A stretch of DNA of 64,000 bases from Candidatus Latescibacterota bacterium (GCA_965215195.1 CBDCDC010000002.1:960001-1024000), one strand, 5' to 3'; numbered from the stretch's first letter, positions 37,382-47,065 are shown. Notes: generated by a model from the sequence alone, not told the origin. Translations and numbers: made by a program.

Positions 37382-40300
37382 TCACTTTTCCTCCAAGGCG
37401 AGGTACTTCGCAAAATCGCGGCGCGCCCTTTGCAGACGCGGATGGGCGCCGGCCTCGTAGCATTTGACGCGCGCGGCGAGCAACGTGCGCTTCCAGGGCA
37501 CGTGCGGTTCCAACTCGTCGAGAACCTCTATGCAGTTGTGCGGAAAATTGAGCTCATAGCCCAAATTCAACAAGGCGTTCAGCCGCGTCTCCCGCGCGTA
37601 ATCCATGACAAATCGAGGGCGCAGGGCCGCGTACAACCGCTCGGCATGAGCCGCATCCCGGCCGCCGAGGTCTATCGCTAGCGCCAAGCCGCGCTGCACC
37701 AGTGCCGGCCAAGCCCAAGGATCGCGGCCGTACCCCCGGAAAGCGGCCTCCAGTGCTGTGACGGCCTCTGGTATCCGTCCCTCGCGCGCATGCAAAACGG
37801 CCGCGATCACGTCCGCTTCAACAGGCTGGAGGCGGCGCAACTGCTCAATGTAGTGGGCGGCCTCCGCGCGCTGGTTGACCGCCATCATGTAGGCCACGGC
37901 CGACACTTCGCGCAGCCCGCGGGGCGGGCGCGGCTGCCTTTGCCACCACGCCAGTCCATGGCGCGACCGCGAGTCCCACCACGCCGCTAGGGCTCTTAGG
38001 CGATATTGCTGGTGCGGCGTCAAATCCGGGTATCGGCCCGGGCGAATTTGTTCCCCTTGGCCAATCAGAAAGGCGAGGCGCTGGTCTGTGACCCAGTCCC
38101 AATCCACGACCCCGCCCGTTACTTGGGGCCGATCTGCTCCCCGGGCACGCGCCAATTGTTCCACTGTCTCGATATTGAAATGCCGCCCAAACCCCAGATG
38201 GCGGGCAAACGCGTACTCCACCAAGGTGCGATCGTCCGTATTCAGGGCCTGCTCGCCGGCCAAATCGCGCGCCACCGCAGGGCCGGCCACGTAGTGGGCG
38301 AGGAAGCCTTCGAGATCTGCGGTGCGCCAGACGGCAGCCAGCGCACTGCGGTAGGGCTCCTCGGCGACCCGGGCGCGCAGTCTGGGAATGTCGTACGACA
38401 GCGGCTTGGCAGACGACAGCAGCAGCAAATCGCCGCGCTGGGTCTGCCAAGTTTCCACGTGCGCGAAAACCGAACTCAGGGTAGCGTAGATCGTGCGGAT
38501 GGTCTGCTCATCCACCTCGTACATTTGCACCCACTGGGCGAACAGGCCGCCGTCCCGCAGCCGCGGGGCAACCCCTTCGTAGAATTCTCGCGTGTACAGG
38601 CTGGCGACCCCGGCCCGGTAGGGATTGGAAGGCTCGGAGAAGATGAGATCGTAGGATTGCCGGGTAGTCAGGACCACCTCTCGCCCATCGCCGACAATGG
38701 TATGCACCTTGGCGTGGCCGACCGCGTTTGCATTGACCGGAGCAAACGCGTTGGCCGCTTCGACCACAGCCGCCTCCAACTCCACCACATCGACGCGCTC
38801 CATCGCGTCAATGGCAGCCAGCCAACCTGCCGTAGAGCCGGTCCCAAGGCCAATGACTAGGGCATTGCGCGGCTGTGGATGCAGAATGGCGCCGATCATC
38901 CCGCTCATGATCTGGGTGGAGGCGTCCCCCACGGCCGAGCCTTCGCTCTTGCCGTTCAAAAAGAGCACCGGACCTCGGTCGGCCACGCGAATGGCCACCG
39001 CGCTCTCAACGCCTTCCCGCTCCCAGCGCACAGCGCGCCGCTGCCCTTGCATCCAACCCTGTACCTCGTTGGCACTCAAATTGGAGCGCGCGCTTAGCCC
39101 CGCCCCAATCGGACTGTGCCGCCACGCGGCCGTAGGCCCGGTCGCCCACAATGAGGACGCGGCCATTGCAGCCAAAGCCACGGCGAGCCCCGCCCATTTT
39201 GCGCTTTCTGCTTCCCTGCTACTTCTCGTCCGCGAAAACCCAGCAATACCGCCGCCCAAAACCGCGAGCAGCACTACCACGAGTTGCCACGCGCCCGGGG
39301 CCGAAAGCCACGGCAGCAAGACAAAGCCCCCGAGCAAGGCACCCACAATGGCCCCCAGCGTATTCCAAGCATAGGTCCAGCCCACGTCGAGTCCGAGCCG
39401 GCGCGTCCCGGGACCCAGCAGCGCAATGAGGAGCGGGAACTGATACCCCGCAACGACAGCCGTGGGCAGCACTGCGATGCCCACCACCACAGACCACGAG
39501 AGCACCAAGCCACCAAAACCCAACGTCCCCCACTCGCGCAGGCCACCGGCCAGCACCGCTAGCTGATCGCCGAGTGCAAAGGGAATGGCCATAAATAGCG
39601 CTTCTAGCGTGCAGGTCAGGGCCAGCCCGGCCAGCGTCGGGTCCCGCTTGCGCCCCCACAACGCATAGGCGGTCCCCCCCAAACCAATGCCCAGCAGCGC
39701 CACCGCGAGGATGAGGCCAAAGGTATAGGTAGTACCCCCGAGCAGCGGCGCCAGCATCCGATACCAGACCAGTTCCATGAGCAGAAAGGCCAGCCCGGCC
39801 AGCGCGGCCGTGGCAAAAATCAGCCGCCGCACAGCACTGTGCACCTTGGTATTTCCTGCTGGCGCAACAGGCACCGGCTTGTCAAAGGCGGCTGGATAGG
39901 CGCGCGCAATCCACAGGGCCCAGCCGCCGACGAGGGCGTTTAGGGCCCCGGCGGCCCACAGGGTCGCATCGGCCCCCAGCTGTTCCAACAGCGCGAAAGT
40001 GGCCAGCAAGGCCCCGGTCACAGCGCCGAGCGTATTGATTCCGTACAGTGCGGCAACTCGGCGTCTCCCAGCATCCTCGTCGCCGCCGACGGCTCTGGCC
40101 GCGGCCGGCAGGGTTCCGCCCATGAGAAAGGTCGGCACGGCCAGCGCACCCGCGGTTAGCACGAGCCGCACCAGCGTGGCCGCGACCGGCCCCAACCACA
40201 GGACTCCGCCCAAGGCGACGTAGAACTCGCGCACCATCCACACCAGCACTGGGGTGAGGGCGGCCGAGCCCGCAATGAGCAGTTCAAGGTAGGCGTATAG

Positions 40301-40540
40301 GGCCAAAGGCCGCGGGTGGCGGTCGACGCGCCGCCCGAACCAGAACCCGCCCGCGCCAAGCCCCCCTAAAAAGACGGACAGCACTGCGGCCGAGGCGAGG
40401 GTAGAGGCCCCAAAGACAAAGCGGAATTCGCGCAGCCAGACCATTTGGTAGATCAGGGCGCACATCCCCGACCCAAACAATAAGCCAGCGACCAGCCCCC
40501 TCGCCCCAGTACTGGGGCCGCAAATCACCTGTCGCACCAT
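37382..40540 (-). CDS. Fused MFS-like membrane domain/spermidine synthase family protein
   Basis: SGMCALIYQMVW, MGGTLP, YGINTLGA, LVIGLGTG, VELE, DGRE, YDLIFSEPSNPY. Confidence 0.9.
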   Translation of the reverse strand: MVRQVICGPSTGARGLVAGLLFGSGMCALIYQMVWLREFRFVFGASTLASAAVLSVFLGGLGAGGFWFGRRVDRHPRPLALYAYLELLIAGSAALTPVLVWMVREFYVALGGVLWLGPVAATLVRLVLTAGALAVPTFLMGGTLPAAARAVGGDEDAGRRRVAALYGINTLGAVTGALLATFALLEQLGADATLWAAGALNALVGGWALWIARAYPAAFDKPVPVAPAGNTKVHSAVRRLIFATAALAGLAFLLMELVWYRMLAPLLGGTTYTFGLILAVALLGIGLGGTAYALWGRKRDPTLAGLALTCTLEALFMAIPFALGDQLAVLAGGLREWGTLGFGGLVLSWSVVVGIAVLPTAVVAGYQFPLLIALLGPGTRRLGLDVGWTYAWNTLGAIVGALLGGFVLLPWLSAPGAWQLVVVLLAVLGGGIAGFSRTRSSREAESAKWAGLAVALAAMAASSLWATGPTAAWRHSPIGAGLSARSNLSANEVQGWMQGQRRAVRWEREGVESAVAIRVADRGPVLFLNGKSEGSAVGDASTQIMSGMIGAILHPQPRNALVIGLGTGSTAGWLAAIDAMERVDVVELEAAVVEAANAFAPVNANAVGHAKVHTIVGDGREVVLTTRQSYDLIFSEPSNPYRAGVASLYTREFYEGVAPRLRDGGLFAQWVQMYEVDEQTIRTIYATLSSVFAHVETWQTQRGDLLLLSSAKPLSYDIPRLRARVAEEPYRSALAAVWRTADLEGFLAHYVAGPAVARDLAGEQALNTDDRTLVEYAFARHLGFGRHFNIETVEQLARARGADRPQVTGGVVDWDWVTDQRLAFLIGQGEQIRPGRYPDLTPHQQYRLRALAAWWDSRSRHGLAWWQRQPRPPRGLREVSAVAYMMAVNQRAEAAHYIEQLRRLQPVEADVIAAVLHAREGRIPEAVTALEAAFRGYGRDPWAWPALVQRGLALAIDLGGRDAAHAERLYAALRPRFVMDYARETRLNALLNLGYELNFPHNCIEVLDELEPHVPWKRTLLAARVKCYEAGAHPRLQRARRDFAKYLALEEK

Positions 40541-40546
40541 GAGCCA

Positions 40547-41686
40547 TCAAACTTGTCTGATGTAAATCCGCCGTCGATGCAGCCCCCGCTCGAGCCGCCA
40601 AGTCCTGATGCTGGTGTCGTCGATGTGCATGGTAATGTCGTAGAACCCCATCCTCGCAGGTTCCCACGCATGCGACCAGAGCGTCCAAGTGTCGTTGGTC
40701 TCCTGCGCGTAGGGCATGTTGACCGCAACGGGATCTTGGTCGCGGCCGAACCGAATCATCAATTTGTCGGTCGGCCGCTCGCCCCCCCACAGCAGACCGA
40801 CCACCCGATAGACGATCCGCTCGGACAGACGCCATTTTTCAATGCGGATGGGCAGGGCCGCTTGGTCGATCAGAGCCGGGTCAAAGTCCCTCGCCAGCTT
40901 GGGATCGCCCGGCTGGTTGATGCGGCTGGCGAATTCCAGCATCTGACTCGTCGCCGCTTCGCGGTCGTCGACCAAGGCGATCTCATTGACCCATTTGATG
41001 TCCGCGCAGCTAAACCACCGCGGCACCACTAGCCGCACGGGAAAACCGTGATCGTGCGGCAGCGGTTCGCCGTTCATCTCGGTGGCCAAAAAGGCGCGGT
41101 ATTTTTCGAGCTCGGCAAAGGTGAAAACCCAGCTCGCCCCCGGAATTGAAGAGTGCGATTGGACTGAGTATTCGTCAAAGCCCGAGATCAGGACGCGGGT
41201 CGCCGCGGGTTTGACGCTCAGCCTCGCTAGCACTTGGGTCAGGGGGACGCCCGACCACTGGGCCGCGCTCATCAGCCCAAAGGGCCGGTGCTGGTTGCCG
41301 GCGCACTCCAGCAGCACGGGGCCCATGGGTTTGACCAAGGGCTTTAGCTCTGCTAGGGCGATTGCCCCGGGTCGCTCAACCAGTCCGCGCACCGCGATCT
41401 TCCACGGCCGGGCAAAATCGATCCGCTCGGAACAGCGCGTGCGCACAAAGAAATGCTCATTGGGGGTGATTAGGGTGGCGGGCGTGAGCGCACTCAAATC
41501 AGTGTGGCGCCGCGCATCGAGTCCATGGCCTAGTTGCAGGGGTTCTTTGCCGTTGAGGAAGCTCAGAGTCTCCAGCAATTGGCCGCTGGCAAAGCTCTCT
41601 GGACGGGCGCACGAAAGGCCCAAGGCCAGCGCACCGCCCGCGCCAAGCGCCTGCTGGATAAACGTCCTGCGCGTCCATTCTTCCAT
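40547..41686 (-). CDS. Tat-exported molybdopterin-dependent oxidoreductase (sulfite oxidase family)
   Basis: TRRTFI twin-arginine motif; FFVR, LECAGN, MNGEPLPHDHGFPVRLVVP, IKWV; GGGAGG before ATG 41686. Confidence 0.88.
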   Translation of the reverse strand: MEEWTRRTFIQQALGAGGALALGLSCARPESFASGQLLETLSFLNGKEPLQLGHGLDARRHTDLSALTPATLITPNEHFFVRTRCSERIDFARPWKIAVRGLVERPGAIALAELKPLVKPMGPVLLECAGNQHRPFGLMSAAQWSGVPLTQVLARLSVKPAATRVLISGFDEYSVQSHSSIPGASWVFTFAELEKYRAFLATEMNGEPLPHDHGFPVRLVVPRWFSCADIKWVNEIALVDDREAATSQMLEFASRINQPGDPKLARDFDPALIDQAALPIRIEKWRLSERIVYRVVGLLWGGERPTDKLMIRFGRDQDPVAVNMPYAQETNDTWTLWSHAWEPARMGFYDITMHIDDTSIRTWRLERGLHRRRIYIRQV

Positions 41687-41720
41687 TGACGGCCCTCCCC
41701 TGCGCAACTAACTGATTTGC

Positions 41721-43337
41721 CTACTGACCGCCGCGTTGCCGGACGTAATCCCGCGCCTCTTTGAGGGCCGGCAAATCGGCGTCGGCATCGCGCCAGATAG
41801 CGAGGAGTTCGCGATAGAAACGCACGGCTTCTTCCCCGCGGCCCAGCGCCGCTTCGGCCCGCGCCAGCCCCAGCACGTATAGCGGGTCCTGCGGCCGCAT
41901 CTCCAACAGCCGGGCAAACAACGGGCGAGCCTTTTGGGCATGGCCCTGCTCCAAGAGCAGTTCCGCGTACAGCTCGCTGCCCAAAATGTCGGGCGGGGCT
42001 TTTTCTCGCCGCTCCCCTTCCATGGCCCGTCGGGCCGACTCCAGCGCGGCCGCCGCATCGCCGCGCGCCCGGGCGTGGACGGCGTCGAGGTAGTGGGCCA
42101 CGGCCTCGAGATAGTTTTTGAATCTCCCCAAGGCCGGCATGCGCGCGTAGGTCCGCACGCGCTCGACCGCGAGGCGAAACAAGGAGTCCTGCCCGGCCAC
42201 TGCGGCGCGATAGCCGATGAAGCGAGCGCCCGCGCCCGGCCGCATAGAGGCCACATCGACCTTCTCGCGCACCGGAAGCCGCACGTCAATGCGGCCCACG
42301 GCCAGCGCGACCCTTTGGTAGCGGCTTTTGAACATGATCGCGTTGTACGGGATGAGGTCCAGTTCCTCACCCCGCCGCCGCGCTTCGGCCGCAATGGCGT
42401 CGAGTTCGTGGAGCAGGCCCTGTGCATCCTGCAAACGGCCGAGCTTCAAATAGGCGTCCAACAGCCAGTCAAGCGAGTGGAAGTCGCGCTTGTACAAGGG
42501 TCGCCCCGTCCGCTCCTGCCACTGCACGGTTGCCGCGTAGGAGTCCTCGTTTGAAGCGGCCATCTCCGCCCACATGCCGAGCCAGCGAAAAATGTGGCTC
42601 GGCATGTGCAGGGCGTGCGACGAGGCCGGCGCTAGGCGGGCGTAAACCCGGGCCAAGTCCAAGCCCCTGGCGGCGAAGGTGCGCGAGTCGTACACGTGGA
42701 TGAGATAGTGTACCACGCCGGGATGCTGCGGGCGGCGCTGGTACACTTCCTCCAAAATGGCGGCGAGCGGCTCCACAAACGCGGCATCGTCCCAAGTGAA
42801 TCCCCTTTTGACCCGGGCCGCGCTCATGCGGGCCAATGCGGCGAAGACGACCACTTCGTCGTCGTCCGGGTAGCGCGCGGCGAGTTGCTCCATGGCCGCG
42901 GCAAAAGCCCGGCGCCCTTTTGGACTGCCCCGCTCGCGGAAGAGCGGCCGCAGCGCATCGACGAAGCCCTGCTCGCGCGCAGTCCATTGCAGCTTTCCCT
43001 GCGCTTGCAGCGCATCCAAGCGACTGAGAATCGCTTGACCCGCCTCTGAGTCCTGCACCCCCCTCGGACCTTGCAGGGGAGCATCGTGCGTCATGGCCTC
43101 GCCCCAGTAGGCCATGGCGAAATTAGGGTCTAGTTCCCGCGCCTTGCGAAAGTGGTCGCGCGCCTCCTCGTACCAGAAGCTGTGCAGCGCCAGCACCCCC
43201 AGTTCGAACTCCGCGTGAGCCGCCGGCGCAGCAGAAGTGGGAAAGTGGATGCGGCCGAGAAGCGGCGACTCTTGGGTGCGCTCGGCAGTGCCACACGCCC
43301 ACGCTACCGAGAAAACAAGGGTTGCTATTCGCGTCAA
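41721..43337 (-). CDS. Tetratricopeptide-repeat (lipo)protein
   Basis: LHSFWYEEA...DPNFAMAYWGEAM, HPGVVHYLIH, HALHMPSHIF, C-terminal WRDADADLP. Confidence 0.82.
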   Translation of the reverse strand: MTRIATLVFSVAWACGTAERTQESPLLGRIHFPTSAAPAAHAEFELGVLALHSFWYEEARDHFRKARELDPNFAMAYWGEAMTHDAPLQGPRGVQDSEAGQAILSRLDALQAQGKLQWTAREQGFVDALRPLFRERGSPKGRRAFAAAMEQLAARYPDDDEVVVFAALARMSAARVKRGFTWDDAAFVEPLAAILEEVYQRRPQHPGVVHYLIHVYDSRTFAARGLDLARVYARLAPASSHALHMPSHIFRWLGMWAEMAASNEDSYAATVQWQERTGRPLYKRDFHSLDWLLDAYLKLGRLQDAQGLLHELDAIAAEARRRGEELDLIPYNAIMFKSRYQRVALAVGRIDVRLPVREKVDVASMRPGAGARFIGYRAAVAGQDSLFRLAVERVRTYARMPALGRFKNYLEAVAHYLDAVHARARGDAAAALESARRAMEGERREKAPPDILGSELYAELLLEQGHAQKARPLFARLLEMRPQDPLYVLGLARAEAALGRGEEAVRFYRELLAIWRDADADLPALKEARDYVRQRGGQ

Positions 43338-43625
43338 GATCGGTCCTCCCGATGCTAGGTTGAATTTTTACCGACGGTAAAGATACTAACGAATAGCGGA
43401 AAAATCAGGCGCGTTCTACGGAGTGTCGGCACCCGGCGGCCCTTCGCTCGGTAAATATCCCGAGGCGGCGAGCACCCTACAAAAATCGCTCGGGCAGACC
43501 CCTACCCAAAAATCGTTATTTGAGATTTTGGCGATAATAGCGCATGATAATAGCGAACTCTACGACATGCTCGCCACGGCCCTAGACGAAGTTGGGCTTT
43601 CTGATACGGCGCACGATAGTCTCGG

Positions 43626-43782
43626 TTTTCTGCTGTTTCCGATGGGTGCGGGATCGAGGGCACCAGTTCCCAAGCACGGGCTTGCGCCTGCTCTCAGGTC
43701 CGGGATCGAGGGCGTCCCGCCCTCGCCGAGGGCAAGATGCCCTCGATCCTTGGCAGGCTGAGGGCTGGTGTCGTGTAGTAAG
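43626..43782 (+). repeat. Left arm of a long inverted repeat containing a REP-like doublet
   Basis: Reverse complement of 46157-46261 apart from a few substitutions and a 52-nt insertion/duplication; contains GATCGAGGGCGTCCCGCCCTCG-CCGAGGGCAAGATGCCCTCGATC. Confidence 0.88.
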
Positions 43783-43830
43783 CGTGTTGGCTAAAGACCG
43801 GCGCCGTTTTGTCGAGATGCTAGAGGCCGC

Positions 43831-44068
43831 ATTCGAACCTTTGAGAAAATACCCCCGAGCGAGCAGTTTCGTCTCGCAGCACTCATTTTACAGGAGTTGT
43901 CCGAAGTGGTTGTTGTGGAACGAAGTGATACTTGGAGCGAACAAGCTCAAAGCGACTTAACCGCCGCCGCCTTACAGTATGCGGCGCAACTCTACTCGGA
44001 GGAAGAGGATCCTGTTTACTCCTAGCGACATAGTGGTGCTTGGCTCCCCCGGTGTAACGGGTATCAAA
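43831..44068 (+). pseudogene. Eroded toxin-antitoxin pair: startless antitoxin + PemK/MazF-like N-terminal stub
   Basis: Hand translation: EKIPPSEQFRLAALILQELSE...SDTWSEQAQSDLTAAALQYAAQLYSEEED (stop 44025), overlapped by LFTPSDIVVLGSPGVTGIK, resembling PemK 'GDVV.V.FPGVTG.KRRP'. Confidence 0.6.
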
Positions 44069-44133
44069 CTATTCATCGCGCAAGCATGTTAACGACAAGC
44101 GGTCTGATGGATCGGCCCCAAGGAGAAATGGCC

Positions 44134-45687
44134 ATGAACAAACGCTTACTTCCCATCGGCATTCAGACCTTCCGCGAGATTCGCGCGCGCGAGTGCTACT
44201 ACGTTGACAAGACCGCCTACATCCGGCGGCTGCTCAACGAGGGCAAGCACTACTTCCTGTCGCGTCCCCGGCGCTTTGGCAAGAGCCTGTTCTTGGACAC
44301 GCTCAAGGAAGTGTTCGAGGGCAACGAGCCCCTGTTTGCCGGGCTTTATATCCACGACCATTGGGATTGGTCGGTGCGCCATCCGGTCCTGCGGCTCAGC
44401 TTTGGCAGCGGCAACTTCAAGGTGCCCGGCTACGTGGAGACGAACCTGATGGCGCAATTGGACGCGGTCGAACGTCGGACCGGTGTGGCGTCGGACTACG
44501 CCACCGGAGCGGAGCGATTCGCGCACCTGCTGGAAGAACTGCACGACCGAGCCGGGCAGCCAGTGGCGGTGCTGATCGACGAATACGACAAGCCCATTGT
44601 CGATGCGCTGGAGGTGCCGGACATAGCTCGCGCCAACCGCGACTTTTTGCGCGGCCTCTACGCAGTCATCAAGGACAGCGACGCGCACATCCGCTTCACG
44701 TTCATCACCGGGGTGAGCAAGTTTTCCAAGGTCAGCCTGTTTTCTGGCCTCAACAATCTGAAGGACATCACCTTGGACCGGCGCTATTCGGCCATCTGTG
44801 GGTACACCGAGGCCGACTTGGATACCGTGTTCGCGCCGGAACTGCCCGGCTTGGACCGAGAGCAGATTCGCGCCTGGTACAACGGCTATCGTTGGCTCGG
44901 CGACGAGAAGGTGTACAATCCCTTCGATATCTTGCTACTGTTCGACAGCCGCGAGTTCAAAGCTCATTGGTTCGAGACCGGGACGCCGACGTTCTTGGTT
45001 GAAACGCTGTTCAAACGCCGCGTCAGTTCCCTCGAACTCGGCGAGATGGAGAGCAGCGACGAACTGCTATCGGCCTTCGATGTCGATGCCATCGCCACCG
45101 AGGCCCTGCTGTTCCAGACCGGCTACCTGACCATCACCGACGCCGAGGAGCTTGGCGGCGAGATGCTTTATCGCTTGGACTATCCCAACCGGGAGGTACG
45201 GCAGAGTCTGAACCGCAGCTTGCTGCGCTACTTGGTGCAGGACTCAACGCGGCAGATGGCCAACAGCATCCGGCTCTACCGGCTGCTCGAAGCCAACGAT
45301 TTCGCCGGGCTGGAGACGCTCTTTCACGCCTTTTTCGCCAGCATTCCCTACGAATGGTATTCCAACAACGACATCGCCGGGTACGAGGGGTACTACGCCA
45401 GCGTGTTCTACTCCTATTTCGCTGCGCTGGGATTGGACATCAGGGTGGAGGACAGCAGCAGCCACGGCCGCTTGGACATGGCGGTTTTGTTCAACGGCCA
45501 CGTCTATCTGTTCGAGTTCAAGGTGGTCGAGCTGGCGTCAGCGGGTGCGGCGCTGGCGCAGTTGCAGGAGCGGCGGTACGCGGACAAGTATCGCGCCTTG
45601 GGGCAGCCGATTCACCTGATTGGCGTGGAGTTCAGCAAAGATGAGCGCAATGTCGCGGCGTTTGACGTGGAGCGAGGGGGAGCGTGA
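44134..45687 (+). CDS. AAA-ATPase-like domain + PD-(D/E)XK nuclease superfamily protein
   Basis: LPIGIQTF, YYVDKT, SRPRRFGKS, LIDEYDKP, YNGY, YNPF, GRLDM...FEFK; AGGAG 8 nt before ATG 44134. Confidence 0.92.
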   Translation: MNKRLLPIGIQTFREIRARECYYVDKTAYIRRLLNEGKHYFLSRPRRFGKSLFLDTLKEVFEGNEPLFAGLYIHDHWDWSVRHPVLRLSFGSGNFKVPGYVETNLMAQLDAVERRTGVASDYATGAERFAHLLEELHDRAGQPVAVLIDEYDKPIVDALEVPDIARANRDFLRGLYAVIKDSDAHIRFTFITGVSKFSKVSLFSGLNNLKDITLDRRYSAICGYTEADLDTVFAPELPGLDREQIRAWYNGYRWLGDEKVYNPFDILLLFDSREFKAHWFETGTPTFLVETLFKRRVSSLELGEMESSDELLSAFDVDAIATEALLFQTGYLTITDAEELGGEMLYRLDYPNREVRQSLNRSLLRYLVQDSTRQMANSIRLYRLLEANDFAGLETLFHAFFASIPYEWYSNNDIAGYEGYYASVFYSYFAALGLDIRVEDSSSHGRLDMAVLFNGHVYLFEFKVVELASAGAALAQLQERRYADKYRALGQPIHLIGVEFSKDERNVAAFDVERGGA

Positions 45688-45864
45688 CAAACCGCCGTAG
45701 TCGCGTACCTCGCCGCCACCGCACCGGCCTATACGGGCAGCGTCTGGACAGTCCAGTGGTCTGTGATCTGCGACCTAGCCCTACGCTACTAACCTGACCA
45801 CTGTATCTATTTAACTGATGTTACGCGCCATTCAGGCGTTGGTGCTCCTTGCGCGTCTAGCAAA

Positions 45865-45892
45865 GTAGGGCATAACGATCGTTATGCCCTAC
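45865..45892. repeat. GTAG-type REP-like perfect palindrome
   Basis: GTAGGGCATAACGATCGTTATGCCCTAC, a perfect 28-bp palindrome. Confidence 0.75.
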
Positions 45893-46156
45893 CGTCCTGC
45901 CTACTTCACGTTTCAGCGGCCCTCAACGTCGAAGCCGGCTTGTCCGGCCAAGCGCGGCAATGACACCCGACCGGCGGCCGCAAGCCGCAGACGCTGTATA
46001 AGAGCCTGCCCCGGCCAAGGCCGGGGATGCGGAACATCCGTTACCGATATGAACCATCCATTTGTGTTCGTCGATCACCCGACGGGCTTCTCAGCCGGAT
46101 CGTCCAAAGACATGAGAATGAGGGTCTTCATTATCAGAAGACCGTAACGCCTGCTT

Positions 46157-46261
46157 CTTACTACACGACACCAGCCCTCAGCCGGCCAAGGATCGAGGGC
46201 ATCTTGCCCTCGCCGAGGGCGGGACGCCCGCGAGCCCGCACCCAGCGGAAACCGCAGAAAA
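46157..46261 (-). repeat. Right arm of the long inverted repeat
   Basis: cttactacacgacaccagccctcagccggccaaggatcgagggcatcttgccctcgccgagggcgggacgccc...gcagaaaa mirrors 43626-43782. Confidence 0.88.
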
Positions 46262-46303
46262 GGCGTACTCAAAGTAAGGGGCACCTACTTTAGGTGGCGT
46301 GTA

Positions 46304-46477
46304 CTAAGCGCCTGCTTCTCTAAGGGCGGGGAGGTGTGTGTTGATTGACGCGGCACTGAGGGGAGTGCCAAGCACCCACCGCGTTTTCAACTTGTCGAGG
46401 CTGAGCAACGGACGCACATCCGTAATGGCCGTGCTACCCAGAGCCAGCCATTTCAGGTTGGTCAGGCGCGCCAACGA
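46304..46477 (-). pseudogene. C-terminal relic of an internalin-like leucine-rich-repeat protein
   Basis: Hand translation SLARLTNLKWLALGSTAITDVRPLLSLDKLKTRWVLGTPLSAASINTHLPALREAGA*. Confidence 0.7.
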
Positions 46478-46522
46478 AGTATGCCATCAAAACAAAACTG
46501 ATGGTACGCACGGTGCGTAACG

Positions 46523-47065
46523 TCAGTATTTAAGACGACCCGCGAACACCTCGGCGAACCGCTCCTCGGCCGTGCCGCCCAAGCGCTGCGCCATGCGCTC
46601 GAAGGCGGCGCGGCGATAGTCCCATTGGCCCCACCGCGCCACCTGCTCCAGCCAGTCGCACAGGTGGATCCGCACTAGATCGTTAAAGTCCCGCTCGGTC
46701 ATCTCAATGGAATCGCCGGTCAGGCGGTCTTGGAGCACGTAGGGCGCATAGTGCTGTTCCACAGCGGCGTCGAACGTGTCGCGCACCATAGCGCAATTGA
46801 CGTACGCCAAGTATTCGGCCCGTTCGCCGATCAGTGCCCGCACGTCAGCGCGGCGCTCGACAGGCAGGGCAAAATCTTGGAAAATCTCAGTGCCGTATAT
46901 GGAGTGAAAGAGCGCGGCGCGGCACATCACATCGTCGCCTCCCCACTTCTTCATGTCGCCGTGTACGCCGATGCAGTGGGCCAAATAGGTCTTGTTGGTA
47001 TGCCCCACGTCGGCAGCACCAATTTCCCTAAAAAATGCAGTCAGTTCCTTAAAGCTAGCAGCCAT
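46523..47065 (-). CDS. HD-like (DUF6817-type) domain protein
   Basis: GHTNKTYLAHCIGV...CRAALFHSIYGTE...IGERAEYLAY. Confidence 0.75.
   Translation of the reverse strand: MAASFKELTAFFREIGAADVGHTNKTYLAHCIGVHGDMKKWGGDDVMCRAALFHSIYGTEIFQDFALPVERRADVRALIGERAEYLAYVNCAMVRDTFDAAVEQHYAPYVLQDRLTGDSIEMTERDFNDLVRIHLCDWLEQVARWGQWDYRRAAFERMAQRLGGTAEERFAEVFAGRLKY

Noticed and set aside
43423-43620. Short direct repeats (ccctac..aaaaatcg x2, gataatagcg x2) and a 112-aa ORF
   Set aside because: Repeats are too short and irregular; the ORF runs into the repeat arm and has no motif.
43649-43713. Possible minimal CRISPR array
   Set aside because: Only two 13-bp repeats, no cas genes, embedded in a REP-like repeat; kept only as an insertion footprint.
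45900-46130. Possible decayed dehydrogenase N-terminus (..DVPHPRPWPGQAL..) on the minus strand
   Set aside because: Too short and interrupted to assign.
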